Of a stretch of DNA of 64,000 nt, positions 12,150 to 24,632 are shown one piece after another; position 1 is the first letter of the stretch, and each line of letters opens with the position of its first letter. The notes under the pieces are model-generated. The model made no database searches. It had not been told where the DNA came from and saw nothing but the letters and a program-made list of their open reading frames with translations. The stretch comes from an uncultured Alphaproteobacteria bacterium (GTDB taxonomy: Bacteria; Pseudomonadota; Alphaproteobacteria; Rhizobiales; Xanthobacteraceae). The position numbers and the translations under genes were made by a program. The stretch lies in contig CAWHKU010000004.1 of NCBI GenBank assembly GCA_963830125.1, positions 43,131-107,130 of the forward strand, given 5' to 3'.

Positions 12150-13545
12150 ATGCGAAGCAGCGCCTACGATCAGAAGGCTGTGGCGGCGGGCTTTATCGCC
12201 GCTGTTGGCGGCGGGCGTCGAATGTCGGCGCCGTTGCCTGCCGCGCGCGCACGCCGGTCGTCAGCAACGACGCGGTGCTGCCGGTCGGCACCGAATTGAA
12301 CGAAGAATTGCTCGATCAGCCGACCGAGCTGTTCGCCTTCGAGGCCGCCGGCGGCAAGCGATCTTATCTGTTCAATCTCGGCGACATGCTGTTTTCCTCC
12401 GCCGCGATTTTCGGCGGCAAGGCGCGCGACGCCGGCATGAGCTGCAACAGCTGCCATCAGCAGGGCGCCGGCAATGCCAAGCTGTTCGTGCCCGGTCTGT
12501 CGAGCAAGCCCGGCACCTTCGACACCACCGGCGCGCTGTTTAATCCGAAGGCCGATAACGGCGTGTTCGACCCGGTCACGCCGCCGAGCCTGCGCGGCGC
12601 CAAATATCTTGCGCCTTACGGCCATGACGGGCGTATCGCGTCGCTGCGCGATTTCATCCGCAACGTCATCGTCAATGAATTCGCCGGCACTGAGCCGTCA
12701 GGCCAGGTGCTCGACGCGCTGGTGACTTATGTCAACGAGATCTCGCTTCCTGCCGAACCCGAAGCTCGGCCCCGGCGGGCAGCTGACCAAGGAAGCGTCC
12801 GACGCCGCGCGCCGTGGCGAAGTGTTGTTCAACAAGCCGTTCCCGCACAACGCGGCCATGAGCTGCGCCGGCTGTCATCAGCCGGATTCGGCCTTCGTCG
12901 ATCACAAGGTGCACGACATCGGCACAGGCGGCTGGTTCAAGACCAAGACGCTGCTCAACGCCAAGTTCAATGCGCCGTATTTCCATGACGGGCGCTTCGA
13001 CACTTTCGACCAGGTGGTCGGCTATTTCGACAAGCACTACGACCTCGGCCTGGCCGAAGAACGAGCGCGCCGATCTGGTGGCCTATCTCGACGCCGTCGG
13101 CGACGCCGAGCAGCCTTACACCCGCAACACGGTGCAGGCCGAAGTCGACGAACTGCAGGCTTTCGCCAGCGTGCTCGATACCGCGATTCCGGCGCACGAC
13201 CGCGAGGTGATCGCGCTCACCGTCGAATTCGGTCGGCGGCGAATGGCGTGAGATCGGCGAGAAATTTCCCGGCCGCACCGATACCAGCGTCAACGGCGGC
13301 TTCAGGAACGCCTGCGGGCGCGCGCCGCGGTGCGCGATCTGGTGCTGACACTGCGGCGGATTGCGATGGCGGTCGAAGCCGACGACTTCGCCCAGGCGCG
13401 CGCAAATCTACGCCGACTACAAGCGAGAGGTCGTCGCGGCTTCGGCGCAGTTGAAGCTGGCGGAAGCGCTGGTCGCTGTTCAACCCGGCGGTCCACGAGG
13501 CGCATTTCGCGGCGCTGCAGACAACTCGCCAATCTGGCCAAATAA
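12150..13545 (+). CDS. di-heme cytochrome c peroxidase/MauG-like periplasmic protein with C-terminal helical extension (frameshifted)
   Basis: two CxxCH motifs (CNSCH, CAGCH), PSLRG..APYGHDGR and KTLLN..APYFHDGR. Confidence 0.82.
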
Positions 13546-13574
13546 GCGCTTTACCAGATCGGATCGAGCAGATA

Positions 13575-13595
13575 GTTATAATCATAACATTGACA
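13575..13595 (+). promoter_or_regulatory. palindromic operator next to a TTGACA -35 upstream of the porin
   Basis: GTTAT-AATC-ATAAC inverted repeat (13575-13588) followed by TTGACA (13590-13595). Confidence 0.45.
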
Positions 13596-13646
13596 TATAC
13601 GCGGTACTGGAATGCAGGCTAAGTGATTGTAGAAAGGGGGCGTTCG

Positions 13647-15065
13647 ATGCGTGCAGACTTAATCGGGGCGAAGATCGGCGGCGTTTCGCGGCCGCCGTGA
13701 TCGGCGTGGCGATGGGGGTCGGCTCAGGCCGGCGACCGCAGCAGGCCAAAGACAAGGCCAAAGCCGGCACCGTCGATCTGGGAGCAGGAAACGCTGACCG
13801 GCGATTGGGGTGGCGCGCGCACCGCGCTCAAGGACAAAGGCATCGACATCACGCTCAATTATATCGCCGAGACTTTCGGCGTCATGTCGGGCGGCATCAA
13901 TCGCGCCGTCAGCTATGAAGGCCGGCTGGAATTTTCCGTCGATGCCGACTTGCAGAAACTGATCGGCTGGACCGGCGCGCACCGCCCACGTCACCATGTT
14001 CAATATTCACAGCAGCAGCAACAACGTCGCGGCCAATGTCGGCAGCATCGCCGATCCGAGCAATATCGACGCGCTCGTCGACCACGCGGTTGTATCACCG
14101 CCTGGTTCGAGCAGAACTTCGACGACCGCCTGTCGGTCCGCGCCGGCCAACTGGCCGCCGACGATGAATTCATCACCAGCGAGACCGCCGGCGGTTTGCA
14201 TCAACGGCACCTTCGGCTGGGCTGGCGTTCTTGCCGCCAACATGACCAATGGCGGTCCGGCCTATCCGCTGGCGACGCCGGGCGTGCGCGTGAAAGCCAA
14301 GGCCGACGGAAAAGCTGTCTGTGCTCGGCGGCGGTGTTTTCCGGCGATCCGGCCGGCAAGCCCTGCGGGTTCGATCGCGCAGGAGTGCAACGAAACCGGC
14401 ACCACCTTCAGCACCACCGGCGGCGCGCTGTGGATGGGCGAAGTGCAATACGCCATCAACCAGGGCAAAAAGGCGCTCGGTATGCCGGGCGTCTACAAGC
14501 TCGGCGGCTGGTACGCGACCACGGACTTTGCCGATCAGCGTTATCGGCGTCGATGGCAGCCGGCGCGACCGTGCTGTTGAGCGATCCAACCGTCGACCGG
14601 TCCGCTCAATCACAAGGGCAATTGGGGCATCTATGGCGTCGCCGACCAGATGGTGTGGCGTGGGGCCGAACGCAGCCTGAACCTGTTCCTGCGCGGCGGC
14701 GTGTCGCCGTCGGACCGCAATTTGATTTCGTATTACATCGATGGCGGCGCCGGCATCAAAGGCATTGTTGCCGGACGTCGCCGACGACGTGCTCACCTTC
14801 GGCGTCGCTTACGCCAAGATCAGCGCTGACGCGGCGGATGCCGATCGGGATCTGCTGGCCGCGAACGGTCCGCCGCAGCCGATCCGCGATCATGAGGTGG
14901 TGTTCGAACTGAGCTACGCGGCGCAGATCGCGCCGTGGTGGATCGTGCAGCCGGACCTGCAATACATCGTGCATCCGGGCGGCAATGTCGCCGATCCGAA
15001 CAACGCCAACGCGACGGTCGCCGAACGCGTTCGTCGCCGGCGTGCGCAGCACGATCAAGTTCTAA
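13647..15065 (+). CDS. OprB-family (carbohydrate-selective) porin (frameshifted)
   Basis: LTGDWGG, GQLAADDEF, NGGPAYPLATPG, PGVYKLGGW, QPDLQYIVHPGG and C-terminal Phe. Confidence 0.88.
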
Positions 15066-15089
15066 GCATTAGTTCGGGAATCTAATCTG

Positions 15090-15125
15090 CGGCCGGCCCC
15101 AAGCTGGGGCCGGCCGTTGTTATTT
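15090..15125 (+). terminator. intrinsic terminator between the porin and the convergent gene
   Basis: CGGCCGGCCCCA-AGC-TGGGGCCGGCCG stem followed by TTGTTATTT. Confidence 0.7.
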
Positions 15126-16078
15126 ATAAACGTGATGCCGTCGCGCACCGCGCGGAAGCGGGTGAACAGCGCGTCCCAATTGTCGCGCTTGCGGTGACGC
15201 CGATAATGCGCAAATAGCCGGTGCCGCTGAAGCGAAGCCATTGCACCACTGCGACCGGCATCGCGCGCGGGCCCTCGGCCTGGCCGCGGACCTCGTAGCC
15301 GGGCCGCCGGTGATGCGCATCGGCTCCGCGAGTTGAACCTTGAGGTCGCGAGCGGCGCGGTCGAAGCAAATCGCGGGCAAAGCGGGCGCGATCGTTGACT
15401 TGCTCGGCGCGTTGGCGCCGATCGAAATCGACCATGTAGGGCTGCTGGGTGATGTCGTCGGTCGGCCCGTCGATCAGGATGCACGCCGCCGGCCGGCAAC
15501 ACCTGCAACACCCGGAAGCCGGCCATTTCATCGAATTTGAACGGCAACAGGCCGAGCCGTTCCTGCATCGGCGCTGGCCGGAAGGTGACGCTGGCCAGCG
15601 CTTTGCGGATGACAGCGTCGGAATAAATCGCGTGGGCGGTTTCCGGCACCTCGACGGTGGCCAGCATGGCTAGGTCGTGCGACCGGTCCGCCGGCGGCGG
15701 CCGTGGCCAGCAGAAACCATTTGTGGACGGTGATGCCGTTTTGCTTGCGCATTGCCGGACTGACCAGAATGCCGATGCCGCTGGCGAACGGAAAGCTTTC
15801 GCGCTTGAGGTCGGTCAGCGCCTTGTTGGTTCGTGGCCGAAGGCCGAACGTTCGAGGTCCTGATAGGCGCCGTGCCGGCAGGTCGAGCATGCACGATGGC
15901 GGCCTTGCGGTCGAAATCCTCGAAACCGGCAAAGCGCTTGCTCACCGTCATGTCGCCGGGCGGCGTCAAGCCCGATGCGCAAGCCCGGCGGAAACACCGG
16001 TTCGGCGCTGGCGGCTGGGCTGAAAAGCACCAGCCCGGCCAGAACGGCAAGCATTGGGATCATCAATCGGCGGAGCAT
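15124..16078 (-). CDS. conserved exported hypothetical protein (frameshifted)
   Basis: signal peptide (MLRRLMIPMLAVLAGLV..ASA), EPVFPPGLRIGL and VVQWLRFSG; coding pieces in several frames. Confidence 0.65.
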
Positions 16079-16224
16079 GAGGTTTGAACCGCGTTTTTTG
16101 AGTGTTCATCGGGCTTTCGATCTGCCTAACCGGCCTGACCGGAGCGCGGCAATGGCTAGCAGGGGTTCATGGTCTTTTGAGAGGGCGGCGGCAAGATCTC
16201 GTTCGCGATTTCGTGATGATCCGA

Positions 16225-16251
16225 CTTGCGGCCCCAGGGGCCCTCCTATAT
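16225..16251 (+). promoter_or_regulatory. putative RpoH (sigma32) promoter of dnaK
   Basis: CTTGCG-N14-CCTATAT. Confidence 0.65.
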
Positions 16252-16389
16252 GAGCCTTGAGCCGCGAAACAGCGGTGAAATCGAGTATCCAGGGGGCTGG
16301 ATCAGGGGGGTCTGCGGATGAGCCGCGGACGTTTCCCATTCGGGCGCTAAACGGCCCGGCCGGCCTGCCGCAAATTGAGAGGGACAACC

Positions 16390-18312
<1,923 letters not shown>

Positions 18313-18405
18313 GTAGCTTAATCGGGCGAAACAAACCTCGTCCTTGAGAGCGCATGATGTGCGCTCCCGGGGACGAGGTTTTAAAATATCGGGCGGGGAT
18401 GATCG

Positions 18406-19563
18406 GTGTCCAAGCGCGACTACTACGAAGTTCTGGGCGTCACGCGCACCTGCACCGAGGTCGAGCTTAAGGCCTCGTTCCGCAAGCTCGCCATGCAGCA
18501 TCATCCGGATCGCAATCCGGGCGACGCCGAATGCGAACACAAATTCCGCGAACTCAACGAAGCCTATGAAGTGCTTGAAGGACGGCGACAAGCGCGCCGC
18601 CTATGACCGCTTCGGCCATGCCGCTTTCGAACAAGGCGGCGGTGGCGGCGGCCACGGCTTCGGCACCGATTTCGCCTCGACCTTCTCCGATATCTTCGAA
18701 GACCTGTTCGGCATGAGCGGCGGCGGCCGCGCGCGGCGGTGGCTCCGGCCGCGAGCGCGGCTCGGACCTGCGCTACAACATGGAAATCAGCCTCGAGGAA
18801 GCCTTCGAAGGCAAGGAAGCGCAGATCCGCATTCCGACCTCGGTGACCTGCGAAACCTGTTCGGGCTCCGGCGCCAAGGCCGGCACCAAGCCGAAGACCT
18901 GCGCGCACCTGCGGCGGCGCCGGCAAAATCCGGCATGCCCAGGGCTTCTTCACGCTTGAGCGCACCTGTCCGGCCTGCCAGGGCCGTGGCCAGGTCATCG
19001 ACGATCCTTGCGCGGCTTGTTCCGGTGCCGGGCGGGTGACGCGCGAGCGCATGCTGTCTGTGAATATTCCCCCCGGCGTCGAAGACGGTACCCGTATCCG
19101 GCTGGCCGGCGAAGGCGAGGCCGGCGTGCGCGGCGGGCCGCCGGGCGACCTCTATATTTTCCTGTCGCTGCAGCCGCACGAGCTTTACCAGCGCGACGGC
19201 GCCGATCTGCATTGCCGGGTGCCGATTTCGATGGTGACGGCGGCTTTGGGCGGCGAATTCGGGGTGCCGGCGATCGACGGCAGCGAGGCCAAGGTCAAGG
19301 TTCCGGCCGGGACCCAGACCGGCGCGCCGTTTCCGGCTGTCGACGGCAAGGGCATGCCGGTGCTGCGGTCGAAGCAAAACGGCGACATGTACGTCCAGGT
19401 TGCGGTTGAAACGCCGCAAAACCTCACCAAACGCCAGCGCGAACTGCTGGCCGAGTTCGATAAGCTGTCGTCCGAGCATACCCAGCCTGAATCGGCCGGA
19501 TTTTTCAGCCGGGTCAAGGCGTTCCTGGAAGGTCTGGGGAATCGTGACAGCTATTCGGAGTAG
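18406..19563 (+). CDS. dnaJ: molecular chaperone DnaJ (frameshifted)
   Basis: [11 protein letters not shown] motif, G/F region, CxxCxGxG repeats and GDLYI. Confidence 0.97.
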
Positions 19564-19666
19564 CCATCTTGACCCTTGCCACGCCTGACCGTTGAGCCTC
19601 GCGCCCTATACCGCGTGAAGCTTTCGGGCCAGTCTCCCGGCCACTCGCGCGCGTGACCCAGCAGCA

Positions 19667-20276
19667 ATGCCTTTGCACACATCTGCCCGCGTTGAAAAAA
19701 AGCCGCTGCGTCTCGATGACGAGATGCAGTTCATTCGCACATGGTTTGAAAAGCCGATCCGCACCGGCGCGGTGATGCCGTCGAGCAAGGCGCTGGCGCG
19801 CGTGATGGCGCGCTATGTCGATCCGGCTCGGCACCGGCCCGGTGATCGAACTCGGGCCCGGCACCGGCCCGGTGACCGAAGCGATGGTGCAGCAAGGCGT
19901 CGATCCGGCCCGTCTGATCCTGGTCGAATTCGATCCCGACTTCTGCCGCCTGCTGCGCACGCGCTATCCGGCCGCGACCGTGGTGCAGGGCGACGCCTAT
20001 CGTCTGCGCCGTCTGCTGGAAGGCATTGTGCGCGAGCCGGCCGCCGCGATCGTGTCGGGGCTGCCGCTGGTCACCAAGCCGCCGCGCACCCGCCTGCGCC
20101 TGATCTCGGACGCGATGGGCCTGTTGAAGACAGGGCGCGCCCTTCGTTCAGTTCACCTATGCGATGCGTGCCGCCGATCCCGAAGGTCGCTGTCCGGCAT
20201 CAAGGGCGAAGCCTCCGAGCTGATCTGGCTGAATATGCCGCCGGCGCGCGTGTGGGTTTATCGCGGCGCTGAATGA
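19667..20276 (+). CDS. pmtA: phospholipid N-methyltransferase (frameshifted)
   Basis: TGAVMPSS, VIELGPGTG, SGLPL and NMPPARVWVY; follows dnaKJ as in Bradyrhizobium. Confidence 0.85.
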
Positions 20277-20417
20277 TCGCTGCGCGATCAGCCGTCATGC
20301 CGAGCTGTTCGAGTGGCCGGGTCTATCCCGGCCATTATCGCATGTCGAGTCTGGCTGCCGCGCCATGACGATCACGAACTCGCGTGGTATGGGTGGCGAA
20401 CCTGATTGGAGCCGCCG

Positions 20418-21000
20418 ATGCCTTCGCCGAAAATTCTCGTCTTCGCGGGCTCGACCCGCACCGGTTCGCATAACGCCAGGCTGGCGGCGCTGGCGGCCAA
20501 GGAACTGACGCTGCTCGACGTCGACGTCACGCGCATTTCGCTTGCCGGATTATCCGCTGCCGCTTTACGACGCCGATCTCGACGCCCGCAGCGGCCAGCC
20601 CGAAGCGCGATCAAGCTCAAGCAGATGATCATGGCGCATCACGGCATCTTCATCGCCAGCCCGGAATATTCCGCCTCGGTCACGCCGTTGTTGAAAAACG
20701 CCATCGACTGGGTGTCGCGCGTGCGCGAGCGCGGCGACCCGACCTATGCCGCCTTACAAGGGCCGCGTGTTCGCGATTGCATCGGCCTCGCCCGGGCCGG
20801 CCGGCGGTTTGCCCGGTCTGATCGCGTTGCGGCAAATTCTCGAAGTCGGCTGCGGCGCGCTGGTGATCCCCGAACAGGTGGCGGTGCAACGCGCCAACCA
20901 GGCCTTCGACGACATGGACAAAATCATCGACACCCATACCGCCAATCTGTTTCACGCCGAGCTGGCGCGCTTGGTGGAGATGGCGCGGCTGTTTGCTTAA
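20418..21000 (+). CDS. NADPH-dependent FMN reductase (frameshifted)
   Basis: FAGSTRTGSHN, ASPEY and LKNAIDWVSR. Confidence 0.88.
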
Positions 21001-21026
21001 ACTTCGATTGAAGTTGGAGAGTTGTC

Positions 21027-21732
21027 TTGCCGCTTGATCCCCGCGAACGTCTGATTGTCGCGCTCGATTTGCCGTCGGTGAAAGCCGCCGAAGCCATGGT
21101 GACGAAGCTCGGCAGTTCGGTGAGTTTCTACAAGATCGGCTATCAGCTTGGCGCTGTGCCGGCGGCTTGCCGTTCGCGGCCGGATTGATCGCGGCCGGCA
21201 AGCAGGTGTTTCTCGATCTCAAGCTGCACGACATCGGCAACACGGTCGCCAAGGGCGTCGAGAGCGTGGCGCAGATCGGCGCGACCTTTCTCACCGTGCA
21301 TGGCTTATCCGCAGACCATGAAGGCGGCGGTCGAAGGCAAGCGCGGATCGAACTTGAAAATTCTCGCGGTCACCGTGCTGACCTCCTACGACGACGCCGA
21401 TCTGGCCGCCGCCGGCTACAAGCTCGGCGTCAGCGATCTGGTGGCGCAGCGCGCAGGCCAGGCGCGCGACATCGGCATCGACGGGCTGGTCTGTTCGCCG
21501 GAAGAGGCGACCAATCTGCGCGGCATCGTCGGCGCCGAACATGGCGCTGGTGACGCCCGGCATTCGTCCGGCCGGCAGCGCCGCCGGCGATCAGAAGCGC
21601 ATCATGACGCCGGCCAAGGCGATCGCCGCCGGCGCCGATTATCTGGTGGTCGGCCGGCCGATCGTCGAAGCCGGTGATCCGAAAGCGGCGGCCGAAGCGA
21701 TTGTCGCGGAGATCGCACAAGCTAAAAAATAA
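21027..21732 (+). CDS. pyrF: orotidine-5'-phosphate decarboxylase (frameshifted)
   Basis: [25 protein letters not shown] and LVVGRPI. Confidence 0.95.
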
Positions 21733-21748
21733 GCGGGGAGGATGAGAA

Positions 21749-22051
21749 ATGGCGAAGGGCTACTGGATCGCGCGCGTCGACGTGCACAATGACGAGGGCT
21801 ACAAGCCCTATGCCGCTCGCCAATGCCGCGATTTTCAAGAAATTCGGCGGACGATTTGTGGTGCGCGGCGGCAAATTCGAAGCGCCTGAGGGCAAGCCCC
21901 GTCGCGCAATGTGGTGATCGAATTTCCCGATTATGCCGCGGCGCTGGCCTGCTACCATTCGCCGGAATACCAGGAAAACATCAAGATCCGGCAGCCGCAT
22001 TCGGAGATCGAGCTTTTGATCATCGAGGGCTATGACGGCCCGCAGCCGTAG
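21749..22051 (+). CDS. DUF1330 family protein (frameshifted)
   Basis: MAKGYWIARVDV, FVVRGG, VVIEFPDY and YHSPEYQ. Confidence 0.85.
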
Positions 22052-22123
22052 GCTGCTGTCGCAGAGGTGACAGCGCCTGCCTCGGCCCGCTATACCAGAT
22101 CCATTAGTCCGGGAGTTTAACCG

Positions 22124-22942
22124 ATGGCCGACATGCGTTTGATCGTTGCCGGGGCCGGCGGGCGGATGGGCCGCACGCTGGTCAAGGCGATTGCCGAGAC
22201 CGACGGGCTGACGCTCGCCGGCGCGCTGGAAGATGCGCGCTCGCCGCTGATCGGCTGGGACGCCGGCAAGCTGGCGGGCATCGAGCGACAATGGCGTCAA
22301 ACTGGTCGGCGACGCTTGCCAAGGTGATCGGCGACGCCGACGGCATTATCGATTTCACCGCGCCGGCCGCGACACTCGAATATGCCGCGCGCGCCGCCAG
22401 GCCGGCAAGGTTCACGTCATCGGCACCACGGGTTTGAGCGCCGCCGACGAGGCCGCGATCGAAAAGGCCGCCAAGACCGCCGATCATCGTCAAGTCCGGC
22501 AATATGAGCCTCGGCGTCAATCTGGTGGCGGCGCTGACCAAGCGCGTCGCCAAGACGCTCGACAAGTCGTTCGACATCGAAATCCTCGAAATGCATCACA
22601 ACCAAAAAGTCGATGCGCCGTCCGGCACCGCGCTTGTTGCTCGGGCGCGCGGCGGCGGAAGGCCGTGGCATCGAGCTCGACAAAAATTCGGTTCGCAGCC
22701 GCGACGGCAACACCGGCCCTCGCCATCCCGGCGACATCGGCTTTGCCACGCTGCGCGGCGGCACGGTGGTCGGCGAGCACACCGTGATGTTTGCAGGCCC
22801 TGCCGAGCGCATCGAATTGGTGCACAAGGCCGAAGACCGCATGATCTTTGCGCGCGGCGCGCTGCATGCGGCGATGTGGGCGCAAAAGCAGAAGCCGGGG
22901 CTGTATTCGATGATGGACGTGCTGGGGCTGAAGGATTTTTGA
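22124..22942 (+). CDS. dapB: 4-hydroxy-tetrahydrodipicolinate reductase (frameshifted)
   Basis: GAGGRMG, IDFT, IGTTG and [16 protein letters not shown]. Confidence 0.96.
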
Positions 22943-22949
22943 GAAGCCT

Positions 22950-23075
22950 CGTGCCCCGGACGCGGCGCGAACACGAAGTGTTGCGCCGCAGAGCCGGGGC
23001 CGTTCCAAACTCTGAATTTGCGAAGGTCCCGGTTCTGCAGCGCACCGTTGCACGCTGCGCTGCGCCCGGGACACG
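22950..23075. repeat. REP/MITE-like palindromic intergenic element
   Basis: terminal inverted repeats CGTGCCCCGG / CCGGGACACG and two internal GC hairpins between convergent genes. Confidence 0.65.
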
Positions 23076-23080
23076 CGCCA

Positions 23081-23724
23081 CTAATCCTGCCTCGGCAAAT
23101 AATCGTCCTTCCATTTCAGCACCACATTGAAGCTGATCGAGATGCGCGGCGTCTCGCTCAGGTTCGGGTGCACGAAATGCGTCAGGAACGCCGGCCACAA
23201 TAAAATCTCGCCGGCCTTCGGTTGCACGGTGTGTTCCGGATTGACGTAAGGGTCGTTGCGGATCGCGCCCATGTTCACCGCCGGCCCGCGCGGATCGTAG
23301 AAGCTGATCGCGCCCGGCCGCACGTCCTTGCGCGAATGCGCAAGGGCGCGCGGTCGGTCGGCGTCTGCACATAGTAGGTGCCGGACAGATAGCTATGCGG
23401 ATGGTTGTGCGGGTCGTGGTAATCGCCGAGCCGGTTGACGTTGGCCCAGCCCTGCAGCGACCAGTCGATCTGGTAGTCCATGCCGAGCTGGCGGAAATAA
23501 TCGGCGACGGTGCGGTTGATGCAGTCGCGCAGCCAGGCGATCGCCGGATGGTCGTTGGCCAGCAGGTTGCCGCCGAGATAGTCGGTGGTCAGGTCCTGGT
23601 TGCCGGCTTCCAGCTCGAGCACGAAGGCCGACAGCGCCTTGTTGGCGAGCTCGGCGCCGGGCAGGGTCCGGTGCAGAAAAACCGTCGGCCACAAGGCCTC
23701 GAACCCGTCCGAACCTGCCGCCAT
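23081..23724 (-). CDS. TIGR02466-like putative 2OG-Fe(II) oxygenase (frameshifted)
   Basis: [36 protein letters not shown] and RISISFN. Confidence 0.8.
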
Positions 23725-23790
23725 GTGATCCTCCGCCTGCTGGCGGCATTCTGCCACGAATTTCGGCGGTTGCGCTGCAACCGTGCGCGG

Positions 23791-23896
23791 CTCAGATACA
23801 TTCACCGTTTCATGGAAACGGTGAATGTATCTGAGTTTTTGTTTTGTCGCGTTTCCGGACGGCGAACCGGTTCCCACTTCGCCTGGAAACGCTCTA
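23791..23896. repeat. TAGAGC-bounded palindromic repeat (RIME/MITE-like) with a perfect 21-bp hairpin
   Basis: CTCAGATACATTCACCGTTTC-ATG-GAAACGGTGAATGTATCTGAG (23791-23835), plus TAGAGCGTTTCCAGGCGAAGTGGGAACCGGTTCGCC..AAAACAAAAA on the minus strand. Confidence 0.75.
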
Positions 23897-24581
23897 AGAC
23901 CACAGCGCGCGAATGCCGAAGAACGCCGTGTCCTTCACCCGGCGCATGGCCTCCTGAACGATGGAATGCCGGTTGTCGGCACAGAAGGTCATGCTGAGCA
24001 CGATGCGGCGCTCGCCGTCCTTGATCGGGCGTGACCTTGTGCAGCACCTTGGCGCCCTCGAACACCACCAACGTGTTGGGCGGCGTTTCGATCACCTTTT
24101 CTTCGCGCCCTTTGCGGACCATCAGTTTGGCCGCCGACAGGCCGCCGTCGGCGCCGCAGTTGAGGATCGGCAACAGCACGGTGAAGTGCCGGCCCTTGTA
24201 GAAATTGTGGTCGTAGTGCCAGCCGATGTGGTCGCCGGGGCGCTCGTAATACAGCACCGACAGCGAACTTTGATCGTGCAGCGGCGTCGGCCCGACCTCG
24301 ACCTCGACGATATTGGAAATGGACCGCTGCAGCGCCGGCGACTGGTAGAAGGCGGTGACGCGCGGAGCCTTGGCGCGCAGCGTCTCGTAGGCGATCGTCC
24401 CGCCCTTCTTGTGGGTCGGCACATAGTTGCGCTCGGTGTCGACGAACCCCTCGATCTCCACGGCGAGCGCATCGAAGTCGGGCCGCGGCAAGACATCCGG
24501 CAGCACGCACAGGCGCTCGGCAAAGCCCCGTGGCGGTGGCGTGAAGTTCACCCATTCAAGGGGTGCAGTCCGTGCCGTCAT
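23894..24581 (-). CDS. 2OG-Fe(II) dioxygenase (frameshifted near C-terminus)
   Basis: GDHIGWHYD (HxD), VLHKVTP distal His and RRIVLSM 2OG-binding Arg. Confidence 0.8.
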
Positions 24582-24632
24582 GACAACCTCGCCTTTCGAA
24601 TCGGATTCAACGATTCGAATGCGACAGTTGAA

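Noticed and set aside
23791-23835. CRISPR repeat
   Set aside because: It is a single hairpin with no repeat-spacer periodicity and no cas genes.
23894-24581. BesD/HalD-type halogenase
   Set aside because: The facial triad is HxD (HYD), not HxG/A.
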